From assembly GCA_977030845.1 (NCBI GenBank), contig OZ365118.1, positions 16,554,001 through 16,618,000 on the forward strand: a stretch of 64,000 nt of DNA, written 5' to 3'. This document shows positions 50,636-63,584 of this stretch, in pieces. The notes below the pieces were generated by a model. That model was not told where the DNA came from. It was given only the letters and a program-made list of their open reading frames with translations, and made no database searches. This DNA is from Fimbriosthenelais zetlandica (taxonomy: Eukaryota). Position 1 is the stretch's first letter, and every line of letters starts with the position of its first letter. A program made the translations under genes and the position numbers.

Positions 50636-53600
50636 CATTATGAAACAAGCCCCTGCAACGACCAGGTAACTAAGTTGTTAATAGTAAGAAATGATTTACA
50701 TCCTGGTTTCAGTCCAAATCCCGACCTCTCACTTATTCACTTTTACCTGAGCATGGAGTGAGGCGCCGTGGTTATACATTGTCCACTTTTTAACATGAGG
50801 CCCTCACGGTGGCCCGTGATGGGAAATACATAAGTCAAATGAAGGATGATATATAAAACACACCTGGTCCAAATTGAAGCCACCTTCTCTACATTGGAAC
50901 CAATCGCTCCCGCCCATGTATCATTCCATGATCAAAACGCCCATCTAATTGGAGCGGTTGTCCGTCCCACTGGCTCATTGATATAGCCAGACTTATGATT
51001 TTTACCTACATCAAGCTTTCCCGGAAGCTGCCCCCTTTGATCCCGCAAAGTGCATATGTTTTTAGTGATATTTCACTCGAGTTTTACGATGGTTTAGGTG
51101 GAGAGAAGCGCCGTAACCCGTGCATAGTGGTACCATGGAAATGTATACCTTATTAACCATTTGCCTTGGTCTGCATCAAAAGCTAGTTCAGAAACTCTTT
51201 TTCAACTGCAGTTGACTTGGAGGCAATGCATGTACAATTAAAATGCATGTATATACATTCATTTATAGACATGCACTTATAATGTCATTTCACAGCAATG
51301 TAAAGCAATTTGTGGCCCCATCCATTGATAAAATACATTTGTATGAGCTGTATATCTACATATCCCAATCAGTGGGAGCAGCTCCGATTGACTGGCTCAT
51401 CCATCTGTTGCCCTCAACCTTTATGAAGTTATCTTTTATCTATATTTTGGTCAAGAATAAAAGGTAGCGTTTATGACCATTCATCTTGCTGTGTTAAACC
51501 TCCCCCACACCAGGCAATGGTCTCAAATTTGACTCACCATTTTTGCTTGTCAAAAGCAGACTAACATCATAGCAATGATGTGTAGATACCGCGCGCCGCG
51601 CCGCGCTACGGTGGCCCATAATTGCCTGGACAGGCGGGGGCTATAATGACCCGAGACATGGTGCAGGACATCGTAGAGATTACATATCTCTCTGACTCAC
51701 TGAGCACCTCTCCTGATGCCACTTGCTCATCCGATGAGCCAAGGAAAGCTCCGAGAAATTAGATTGTTCAGTCGGTTATTGGTCAATGGCAGGGATTTGG
51801 TCGCAACAGATCAGCTCGTGGGCGTGACCATGTGTCGCTTGTAAATGTCATAGCCAGATCCAAGGCCATATTTCATAGACAAGTGTAAGCAAACAGTATT
51901 CTGATTTATCCTCAACTTGTCCTTGACATCATCGTTGCCCCTGGCTGCATTGCGCTGTTTTGAGTCAGCCGAAAGTTGGTGGCTGGACATAAGATGCGAT
52001 CAAGAGGATTCTTGAGGCTAGAAAACACTCAAGTAATTCTGCCTATCATGTCATCAACATGGTATTAGATACTTATCATAGTTCTTATCCCCCTATAGCA
52101 AGCCATAATTTGCAAGTGTCCTTCTCCACTCAGTGCTGCAAACTGGGATGTCAAAGGCCCTTCACTATGGACCCTGCCGTTTGGGAAGCGCAGGGCATTT
52201 TGTGCTGACAGCATGTTTCCCCTTCGACGTGAGATAACTGTGACATAGTTGATTGGACATTAAAGAAATATCCCTCCATCCATGCATCCCCGACCAAACA
52301 TTGCTCATTGCCCTGATCTCTTATACCTGAAAAACTCTGTTATTCCCACCTTCCATACCTTCATCCCTGAAGCCCAGCTCCTGATAACGCTGTAACGTGG
52401 AAGTTTTTATCCTAATTTACTTTTCAATATCTCGGTCTGCAGACTGGCCGCGATCTGTGTCTACATGTATATACGTTCCCATGCCCTCATGGAAAAAACT
52501 TTCAAAACATATCACATGTAGTTCAGGGCCAAATGGCTTCTGATATGCCTTCTAAGCTCCACCCTCCCTTCCCCACCGGAAATGTAATCTGTAACATATC
52601 ACCCATCTCTGATCAAAGATGGCAGCCTTGATAGAACGATAAACCAAAAAGAATTAATATCTTTTTCCTTGATTCCTCCACCGACCTCCGCTCACAAGAA
52701 GCGATACACGAGATGGTTTGTGTATGGTGCCCACAGGTGTGGCTAAATGTAGCAGTGATATATGTAGAGAGCTACTGCCCAATGCAGGCTCTTTTTCTGC
52801 ATCAATTCACAATGAAATAGTATGTTTGGAAGTTGTTTTGGTCTATAGGAATTGAACAGTTCCTGGAAAAGGGGGTGGGGTGGATTTCAGCAGATGCAGG
52901 GAGAGGGGGAGCAGCTTGGAGAGGGATGGCAGATGGAGAGAGGGATGGCAGATGGAGGGAGCTAATTTGATGCAGATCTATGCAGATTTATTTCATAATT
53001 TTCCCCTACTGTATACTCATTTTTAATAAATAAAATTCATGGAAAATTTCCATTCCATTATCTAAGTTAATCCAGGGTTGCGAGACTATATTATTGGTGG
53101 TCCAAGGTTGATCCATTTGTACAAACAACTCAACTTGCTCCATAGATCATTCTGGTTTTGAGAAGATTTTATTGATTATCTATGGATTTATGATAGATTA
53201 GTCGCGTAAATCCAAAAGAGAATATATCCCTCGATAATCCCCAGGGCTTTAGCTGACTGACGTTATTTGAATCTCTCCCATTATGACATAAATCTTCCCC
53301 ATATTAAGTCCTTTGATTTGCAGTTCAATGTGATTTATATCTGTCAGCCATTTTCACCCCAACAATAGATCCACTGACGGATTAGAACTTTATTATTTCA
53401 ATCTCTTCTTTGTGATCATGTCCATCTTTTTGAAGTGCCAATCAAACTGTCTCTGCCTTTAATTGGCATTCAATATCAGCTGGATGCCCTCGAAATGCCA
53501 CTACCTCAACTTCAATATCAGAAAAATGATTATCATAATTGCTTTCTGTATTTCGAAACTGGATTTATGATGTTGTCTTTGGCTTTTATATCGGAATGAC

Positions 53601-56364
53601 ATAGCACCGTAGCATTCCAGGCACTTCTGACACCTAAACAATGGCGAAGAATGTTTTGCCTTGATTAACCATTACCTTTTGGTTTATCAATTTGTATTGA
53701 GTGGCCGACACAAGCTTAGCAACAACCTGTGTGCACCTAATGATGAATGGACTCTAATGAAATGAGGGACAAAATCACCATGTCATGAGATGAGTTGTGG
53801 AGGTGTTGTCAATAGCGAGATAAGTGATGTAAACAATGTCTATCATATGTAATGAGCTTTTCTTTATTAATTATTGACATCTCGTATATCTTACTTCATT
53901 CATTATAAGGACAGCCATTGCAAGGTCAGTCATCAATGACAAAAGGGTCGTACATATAATCTATCGTATCACTCTGGCACTGCCCTGTCAATCCATTGAT
54001 GTCCCACCATTGAATCAGAAGGATCATTTTGAAGGGTAATGTTTGTTCCTAAACTTATTCAGAAGATAATCCATAATGTGTCCCAATCCTGTTTAATTAA
54101 TAACTTGATATATCTTTGATGCACAATGTTTACTTGACAACTTAGGGAAATATCAGAAGGGAGTTTCAAAACAAAAACTGCGAAAATAATCAATGATAAG
54201 TCTATATATAAAAATGTAGGGCTTATGAAATGCTCATTGGAACATTGCAGTAACATCCAACCCTCTATCCCACCCAGTGCAAAGGTATCAGTTATGATGA
54301 ATTCTAATTGATAATAGTAGCCAAATACACCTCGCATTTCTTAAGAGCACACTGCCTCTTTAACCTTGTACCCAGCCCCATCCCTCTGTAACCATTCGTC
54401 TATCACGTCCCCGTTCCCATGCCGCCCACTCCAGCCTGTGAAGTCTCATGGACCCTGCTTGCTAATCGACTTGTAGTTCTTGGCCTCCAATCTACTGTGC
54501 CGGGGAGAGGGCGTGGCATGAGCTGCTCATTTTTGGCCGCGACACCCACAATGGGAAGGTCTGCTAGGCGAGCGGCTCACCGCTGTTTCCGGTTTGGCCT
54601 GCCTTGCCGGAAGTGGGCGTGGTTTGGGGCGCCTTCTGGCGACATCAGGTGGTATCTCTCATCCCCCCACTCTTCCTGCCCTCTCCCTCACTTCACGCTC
54701 TTGCAAGTTCCTCTAAATTGTCTCTACCAAAAGTTTGGTTCATTTCAAAATGGCAATAGTATCATATCTGAATTGCTTAACTGAGCTATTGGCTATTTAG
54801 CATTTGACAGATTTCTTGCCATTTGACCGGTGCCTCAGTGTTGAAATGCTCTGACATTATTTGTCCCTTACATGCATTTTCTTAATATTAGTACTTGTCT
54901 ATGTTAAAAGTTAAACTGTGGGTCATTTTTGACATTTACATGAGTTACCTCAGTGTTAAATTGCTCTGAGAATTTCACGTCTTTTACATACATTTTCCAC
55001 ACCGTAATCTACTAGAGTCCTTTTGGGGATGTACGCACTTCCTTTCCTGCCGTTTCCGACCCCCCAAGCCTTGCTTGTTGACCGCGAAAGGCGGCTTGTT
55101 TTGACGGCGAGGTCATGAGAGAAACATCTCTCGATATATTGTTTAGGGTGGACTGAAGTGTATATTTGTCGAGGAGAGCCGAGCATTGCCCCAGCCACCC
55201 CGACCGCCGATGGTCCCTGCTCGAGGAATGAATGCCCCATTGTCACTGTGAAGAGACGTCAATTTCAAAACCAAATATTGAGTCCTCAGTCGGCGCTACC
55301 CTCCCCACTTACAATAGCTGTAGGCTATAAACTTAATCTGACATTTTGTATAATAAGAGAAATGTAATACCAGGCGAGATAAGTGTCTGTCTTCATGGGT
55401 GATCCTAGAGGTCCCTGGTTACTAATACCTCCCCCCCCCCCTCCATCACCCCTACCCCTCAACAATTAATTTACCTGCTGAGAAACTTCAGAAAAGCTGT
55501 ACCGAATAATGACTTCATGATGCTTAAAAATAAGCAAAGTGGGTATTTGGAAGGGTGAGCTGTGGCTGGTCCCTGACACACTAGTTACTGTGTCATATAT
55601 ATGTGTGTATGTGTATAGGTATAACATATACATATATCTATAGGAACCAGTGTGTATATGGGTTGTGAAGTGTGCCGTGGACCAGGACTGATGTTACCCT
55701 CTCTGTCTATAGGTTAATCCCCCTGTCTCAGCTAACAAATATTGACCAGCTTCCCCCTATAGGTGAGGATAGGTACAAACAATAACACAACTACCCGCAA
55801 ACCCAGTCATGCGGCAAATTTCAAATCTTGTTTAAAAGTCAAGAAATATATCATTTAAAAAAATTGATATTAATGCTTTTTCGGTTTGGTTTCGGACGGT
55901 TTTTTGAGGTCTGTCATGTGGCAGGGAGAGGCGACTGCTTGATGCCTGATGCACACAGAAGTCCATTATTAAATGTGGCAGTGGAGGGGTGGTGGAGGAT
56001 TCTTTGTTATGGGATTAGGCTAAATCTCACCTCAAACACTTGTAGTTGTGTGACGGGCGTTGTTCTGGTGGCTGCCAGCTCGCAGACACTCTACCTGGCG
56101 AGGTCAGGTCCATGCTTCTTACCACCGCCACATGTTTTACTTAAGGTGAACGGGGCGCTCAGCATGTATGCTCTATGGTTATAGGGGGGTGCAGGTTTTA
56201 GGGTTCCCACTGAGACTCAGGGGAAACCTGGAAAAAAACATTTCAGACAGGGACAACTCAGGGAATTCGAGAAAAACTGATAAAAATCAGAGAATTTCAA
56301 TACTGATTTCGAAGGATAATCTTTTCAGCCTTCGGTTAATTGTATCTTATGCCATCATGGCCAG

Positions 56365-56490
56365 GGAAGTGAGAGAGAGGGGAAGAGAGAGAAGAGAGAG
56401 AGAGTTGGTAGAGAGGGAGACAGAGAGAGAGAGAGGTTGGTAGAGAGGGAGGGAAGGAGAGATAGAATGAGAGGGAGTGGGAGAGAGAAA
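56365..56490. repeat. (GA)n-rich tract
   Basis: Direct inspection of the sequence. Confidence 0.85.
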
Positions 56491-58267
56491 GAGAATTAAG
56501 TAAGCTGGAGCAGAGGGAGTAAGCTTAGGAACATTTCATATTGTTCATTCTAACTCCAGTTTATGTTTTTCAATTCACTACATCTTGCCCTAAAAGCTAA
56601 CCATGTGTATGCCTTCTCTGGCTCCACCCATCCCTTCTCCGTGTCACCATATCCATGTTTCTCCCACGTTTGTCCAAACACTTCGTCGATTCTGGTCTAT
56701 CCGGGGGGCCGTGAATAAAAAAAACCCTACCTGCTTAATAGTAATCATCTATAGACTAAAGCCGGTGATTTTGTCATGTGACAGGCCCCAGGGCCCCGTG
56801 TGTGGCCTTTAAAGGAGGCCCTTTGATGGGAGTAAGAACAGGTGATGGGGGTACGCCCTTCACAATGCCCTCCCCACCCTCAAAATGTTGACAGTATCTA
56901 TTTTCATATATATGTTATGCGAAATATCAAGAAAAACAAAGTTATCATAACTAGCAAAACATTGATACATAAAGTATCAGTCTGAGTATATACAATCAAA
57001 GTCATTAAAAAAATGACACCTATCGCATTTCCCACCTGAAATTAACCTTTAATATTTCATCTTAAGCAGAACCTATCACATGCTTGTTTTTTCAAAATGA
57101 TTCGTGTTGGTAGGGTACATTTTCTGAGTTGTCCCTTTGACCAACTCTTCATGAGTTTTGAGGTTTGAATCTTAAAGTTCCCTGTCCAGGCGTCCGCGCT
57201 ATTTTTTGTTGTGATTCCACAATTGTTATGACAGATAACGACTTGCCTGCTCAGAAAGACTTGACAATATGACAATTCCATTTAAAATTTATTAAACTTT
57301 AAGTAGGAAAAAGCCAGAACCACATCTTATCAACCGACACCCCTCAGGCCCTCCATAGCGATTTGTCCTAATTCATTTTCCTTAACCTACATATCCATCA
57401 TAATCATTGTCCAAAACACTGATCAAATTTAGGAGTTAGAGACCGATAAATTGACCGTAGGTGAAAAATTTAATAGGTAATCAAACGTTTGATGCATAAT
57501 GATGGAACAGTGAATCCAGATTTGTTTTCTCGACCCTGGATCTCAGAGATCCAAGTCGCTTAATCCACATCTTAGTCCAGGTGTTGCCCTTAACGTTTTT
57601 CTTTCTGCCGTGTAAAATCCACTGGCACTGTTTAGTCTAAAGGGTGGAGAAGAAGGATGGGCAGTCTGGCCTTTTAGTCCATGGTCCCATCTTCTACCAC
57701 TCTCTTATCCTCGCCCTTTCCACCCCTACTCCAGGGCAGGAGTTTCTGCCTCCTGGAACAATTGAGAAAAAGTAAAGCAGGTTTGGTTGCTCTTCTCTGC
57801 TTAATAAGAAGGCTCTGGCTCTGGCTGCAGCTTACGTATTTTCGTATATAGAGAAAATATGGGAGTCAAACGATAGAAATCACCCCAATTTTTTTCTTCT
57901 GATTGTACAATTTTCAGAAATTGTTTAAAGATATTCTCGTGACATTTTAACAAAACTTAACTCCTGAAATTTGTGTGCATTTTAGTGGAGAAGTGTTTTA
58001 TGTTTGATATGAAAGTAATTGTATGATAGAAATCTTGGTGAATAGTAGCCCTTTGGACCGCACGCACACACACTCAGTCACACACTCCCCCCATGACTCC
58101 TCTTGGCCTTTTTGAAGTATTTGCTTCTTTTCTCTGTAATTCTAACCACCTCTTGAAGTATATGTCCTGAGATGGGGATGGGAAGAATCCAAGAATCCAG
58201 GGTCCATACTTACTCCTCCCTCCCCTCCCCGACCTAGACCCATCCCTGAACCCCCAATCCCCCAATT

Positions 58268-58355
58268 CATCATGCATTCAATCATTCATCCATCCATCCA
58301 TCTATCTATCCATCCATCAATCCATTCATTCATTCATTCATTGCATTCATTCATT
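58268..58355. repeat. (CATT/CATC)n microsatellite
   Basis: Direct inspection of the sequence. Confidence 0.85.
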
Positions 58356-60228
58356 GTTTTGAATGAGAAAGACTATACAAATGCATTCTTGATGGAACAT
58401 TTAAATATACTAACAAAGCTCATAAGTTGGGAAAAGCCCCGTTCTGCCAAGAAATTTTGCATTTTGCATTGAGGGTATTGGGAGGCATCAAATCAGTGGT
58501 TGTCGGTGGTGGGATGGGCTTGGGGGGGTCGGGGGGATGGGTGCAGCTCACGCCTCCATCACAGTGAGCCAGGTGGGCCTGTTTAACGTTGCTACCCGTA
58601 CCTAGCCCCTGTTTATTTGCTGGCCCAGCCCAGTCCAACTTCACCCCCACATCCTAGGTTCGATCCCTATTTTCTCTACCCTCTTCCTTCTCCGAGCACC
58701 CTCCCTATCACCCCAGCCCCTCCCTTTCCCAAACCCCAAACCCCCCAACCTTCGCCATCCCATCAAGTAAGGAATCCAGATGAAGATTTTCATTGAGAAT
58801 GAAGGTTAATGTTGTTTAGAATGGATAAAGTTCACTGACCATCCTCCATAACACAGATCATAACACAAGGCATTGAACTCCATACCCTCCACCCACCCCA
58901 CACACCCCACACCCACCCCACACACCCGCACCCCTAGCCACACCAAATCCCAGGCAGTGTTGCACCTCTGAGCAGGGATAATACCTTGACAAGCCTATAC
59001 CTTTTTCTCGTCACATTTCTGGCCCCAAAAAGGCAAATTGAATTATGAGGGAGTGGGAGGCCCAGACAGTGGCCATATTGTGTGAGGGATCCAGTTTTTC
59101 TCTCTAATTTATTACATTAGCTGAGATACACTCGCTTCCTCCGGCCCTGGAATGTATGTTTCTACCTTGAGGTTGGAATATAGTGGGATTTTATTTATTT
59201 TCATTTGCAAAAGGTGGCATTCCTAGGAGATTTACATGACTTAGTTCCATTTTTTGGATATGTTAAAGGAAGGAATTGTGTCAAGAATGCATATATTTGG
59301 CTCGGCCTGAAAAAAAAACTTTTGTTATTGTGGTTAGAAAGTGGAAAGGTTTTGTATTTACTATTACTCGTATCTTTCCATGTGTCAAAAGATAGTGAAA
59401 ATTATTTATGATTTTGCTCACTGTGTGGTCTAAAATTTCTATATTTTGTTGAAATTTTAAAGGTACTTTAGAAACCTGCATGCTTCACGATCTGTCTATT
59501 TGGAAGTTTAAAAAGAATGGGAACATAAAGATGAATAGCATTGGTGATGGTGGCTTACCCAGGTCCATGTGTATAACGTTTAGTACATACATCCTAATTA
59601 ATGAGACTAGAGGTTGTTACTATAGCCCTGTTTGTATCTTATATTAATCTCCCTGCCTCTGCTTGGCACGCTATATGTATACAAGGGGGGCATGTTTCAT
59701 AAGAATGTCGAGATTTTGAGTATTCCCCATTTGATTTTCATTGTAAAATCGCAATGAATCTGAATTTCACAGCCAGGTTCAGACTTAGATATTTCTAAAA
59801 TCATATAATGAGACTTTGCTTTTTTCCACCCAGTGCTGCTAACTGGGATATCAAAGGCCAGCCATGCCTCCTACTGTCTATGGTGAGAGGCATGTAAAAG
59901 AACCATTGCTGGTGTTGGAGAATCACAGGCCATTGTACCCTCCAACGAAAAGTTCAATGATCTCATTCAATTTAATGATTTATTAAAATGTATTATGAGA
60001 TGCCCCCTCGCCTCCACTGGTCAATCAGAGCTGACATATAAACAAACATCATCCGGGTCTCCCCCCACCCCCATCTCACCAGCCTTCTCTGTGTTTATTC
60101 CATCAGGCGCTCCTCCTATTTCACCAGAAACTTAAAGATGTATCTTTATACGAGTAGTCAGTGAGAGATCCAGATCCACGCCCCCCTCAACCCACATCAA
60201 CCCACCCCTCACTCCTCGTATACAATCT

Positions 60229-60370
60229 CACAGGCGGATCCATGCAGCTATATTTTGTTGCTCAAATATTACATCTTTTGACCCACAAAACTAGACCTTA
60301 GACCCTCACCCTTTTTTCATAATATTACCCTCTGACCCTCCCTCCATCCAAAATCCTGTATCCACCCCAC
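60229..60370. mobile_element. Degenerate short copy of the CAG-GGCGGATCC MITE family
   Basis: Left end CAGGCGGATCCA, right end AAAATCCTGTATCCACCCC, resembling the termini of 12264-13952; no TSD recovered. Another left end, CAGGGGTGGATCCAGG, starts at ~61288. Confidence 0.45.
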
Positions 60371-63300
60371 AACACTGGAGTCAAATCCCCATCTCCCCTG
60401 CCACCCTACTGGAGTTAATTCTGTTCAACCCCTAAACCCCAAACCCTCCCACCCTAGCCCATGCCCCCACCCCCTTGCACACACATGGTCAATCATATAC
60501 ACTCGTAGTAACAGAAATTGTATGAAATTTGAGTCGAGTTTAGCAAAACTTGGCGCCCCTGACTGAAGGGAGCAATTCCCTCTTTGACGATCGATTAATT
60601 TTCTTGTGAGAACTGCGCAGTATACCAGTTCCCAACTCTAGATCCAACGGCTCAGATTATGGTAGCTCTCTATCCTCGGTTCCTCGTCTTCATTTTGGGA
60701 GATTTGGCCAAACGTTACTTGGCAGAGAAATGAAATTAATTTACAAATATATTCTCAAGCAATCATGCTCTGAAAGGCAATTTATTGATACATTTCATAC
60801 CAAAAAATCTGGTATGATTTTCGCATTTCTTATACTGTATAATTACAAAAAGATAAAATAAAAATGTTTGTACGTAATAATTTATAAATAATTTTAGTAT
60901 GGCAACAAAGGCACAACTTTATCCAAAGCCCTATTGCCGAATGACAATAATTTAAATGAGATTCCAAGTTTTTTATTTAACATAATATTGATAGGAATTA
61001 CGTTAATAGATGAGCGTTTAGCTGAGAATTCATGCCTTTTCTCGCTCCATCTCCAAAAACGGCTCGATGGAAGGATTGGAACGCCTGGCAAAGACGCTGG
61101 GAAAGGCAAAAGCCATTACTTCATACTGGATGTGTAGGCAGGGAGGGGGAGGATTGGTGAGGCCTTTTTTGACGGGGGTCTGGTTCAGAAATCACAGGTA
61201 TTCGCTATCCCTCCCCCGCACCCTCATCACGCACCTACCTCAGTACATATCATAAATCCCTATCGCCCTACTTATAAAAGTCTAACGCCAGGGGTGGATC
61301 CAGGACTGGTAGGGGTGGGGGGCCTATTCCCCCTACCCCCCAACTCCCACTCACCAATCCCAGCCCCGTAAGAAGTGGAAATTGCAATCGTCAAATCCCA
61401 GTTATTTTTGAAATTGAAAAACAAAATGTTGGTTAAAAATATCTCTGGATCTGTCACATTGCAATTGGAACATCACTATAGCCTAACATAGCCGTTATAT
61501 TCTCTAGGATATTCGCTATAGCGATGTGGCCTTTATGCGAGGTTCCACTGTACATGTATGTAATATGTAGAGGAGATCTTTTCACCTCCTCTCCGCTGTG
61601 TCGCCGCCGTACCTTGGCTTGAGGCGGCGCTCGCTGGGTGCGATGATAAGCAGTAGATAAATAAGCCCACCTCATCCCACCTTGATGGATTAACGGGATC
61701 ATCTCCTCCCAGCCTCACTCCGGCCTTAACACCCCCGGATAAGGCAAAGATCCAACGGCGGGCTCAACCCCTTCCACCCCCTCACTCCCCCACCTCTCCC
61801 CACCCCACACATACACTACCCTCCCTCGCTCCGTACCTGGGAAAGCTGACACCGGTATATATCTGGGGGTGTTTTTGTAACTTTTGAACCAAAATACTGC
61901 TCGCTTCTTTCCCCACTTCGACCTAACAGTAACATGTTTGTGTTTCATATTATGTTTTCCTCTGAACGCCTCTTCTGGATGTTTTTTGATGGTTTTTTTT
62001 CTGTAAAAGGAGAACGAGAGCCGGTTTTGGGATCGGATTTAGATGAGGGAGGTATTAGTCCAAATACTTCCTACGCTATTAAAGGAAGAGGAATTAATAA
62101 TGGAAATAATTGATATTTAAATATGGGCTCCAGCCACCCTTCACATTCGTCGACAATTAAGAATAAAATATTAGGTTGGCGACTCTGGCCTTGTAGTTGG
62201 CTACAATACTAACTGCTTGTTTTGGTTATTAACAGGGCACTCGATAATTGTAATAGAGTCGGGGTGTGTTTGGTGGTGGTAAGTGGGTGGGGGGTTGGGT
62301 GTGGAACTAGCTTTTGGTGGCTTCGAGACACAGCTCGGCCTTAGCTTTCACACATGCAGCAGTGCCTCGGTCCATTGGAGTGGGTCGTGGGTGGGGGGGG
62401 GGGGGGGGGGGGGTAGTTTAGTTAAAAGGTTTAGTTAAAAGTAGTTTGGCGGTGGGACACAGGACTGGCCTTAGCTTTCACACATGAAGCAGTGGCTCTG
62501 TCAGATTGGGGGGGGGGGGTGGGGGGGGGGGGGTGTCGTTAATGATCGTTGCTTTCTATTATGAAAGGGAGTGTGGCGGGGTTGGGGGGGGGGTTGTTTA
62601 GTTTGAAGCAACAAGCCAACCAATCAGGTGAACAATCATTGTATTTCACAAGCTCATCAGCAGGTAGAAAGCTTCACAGGGGGTCAGAAGCTAGGACATG
62701 TATGTATACGCTCTTCCAAACACCCCCTCCTCACCACTGCCCACTGGTCAGTCACAAACAGTGGTTCAGGGTGAAATCTTCACTAGTCAACTGAGACCAA
62801 CGCAGTTTATTAAATGATCTCTGAGTAAAGGTAATGTCCCTAAATAATATCTACCTCTTGGTGCTCCTGTGACATGTTCTTTGTACATGATTTATTGCCT
62901 CGTGAGGTTCAAGACACCTGGATATTATTCATACCAGTCGGTGCCAAAATGGATTTGAAGTAAAAATATGATCCCTTGACAATACAATATGAGTTTATAC
63001 GAGCTTTATCAAAGCTCAAGTCCCATGACTTGGTGAAGAAAAGTCTTTTTTAAGGAGCATTTCCTTGGGGGCATATTAAGCAAACCAGGAACCCTGGTTT
63101 GCCCTTAGTCCTAGTCCCTAATTGGAAGTCCTTTTTGCAGGCTCATCATGCCAAAAATCTGACAAGATGGATGGGCAATTATATAAGAATATCTCAAGAT
63201 CACGCTTTAGAAATTGATTTAATATTGAATTAATTTGTCTTGACTATCTATAGAGTGAAGTGGAGGTGAGCACCCCCGGTACAGACACATACATGTGGGA

Positions 63301-63584
63301 TTAGCTCGGCCCAGGGTCTGCCTTCCCCCATCATGTACCATACAAACACCACACCTGTTATAGTTACAGTACCCCTGGATCTCACCCCCACCCCCCCCCC
63401 CCCCCCACCCAGCATTAAACCTACACATCCCCGCCCTAATCCATGCTTGTTTTCTATACATATACCAGCATGTCCCTGTATTAAGCCCTGTGTGTAGTCA
63501 CTCTTACATGGATTAGGACATCACATAGCCACACAGGCTGACAGGCAAAAGTCCACCCACTCAATCACTGACTTACTCATTCAC

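Noticed and set aside
58657-58667. tRNA B-box-like GGTTCGATCCC
   Set aside because: No A-box at proper spacing and no cloverleaf; no tRNA, rRNA or snRNA gene was recognisable anywhere in the window.
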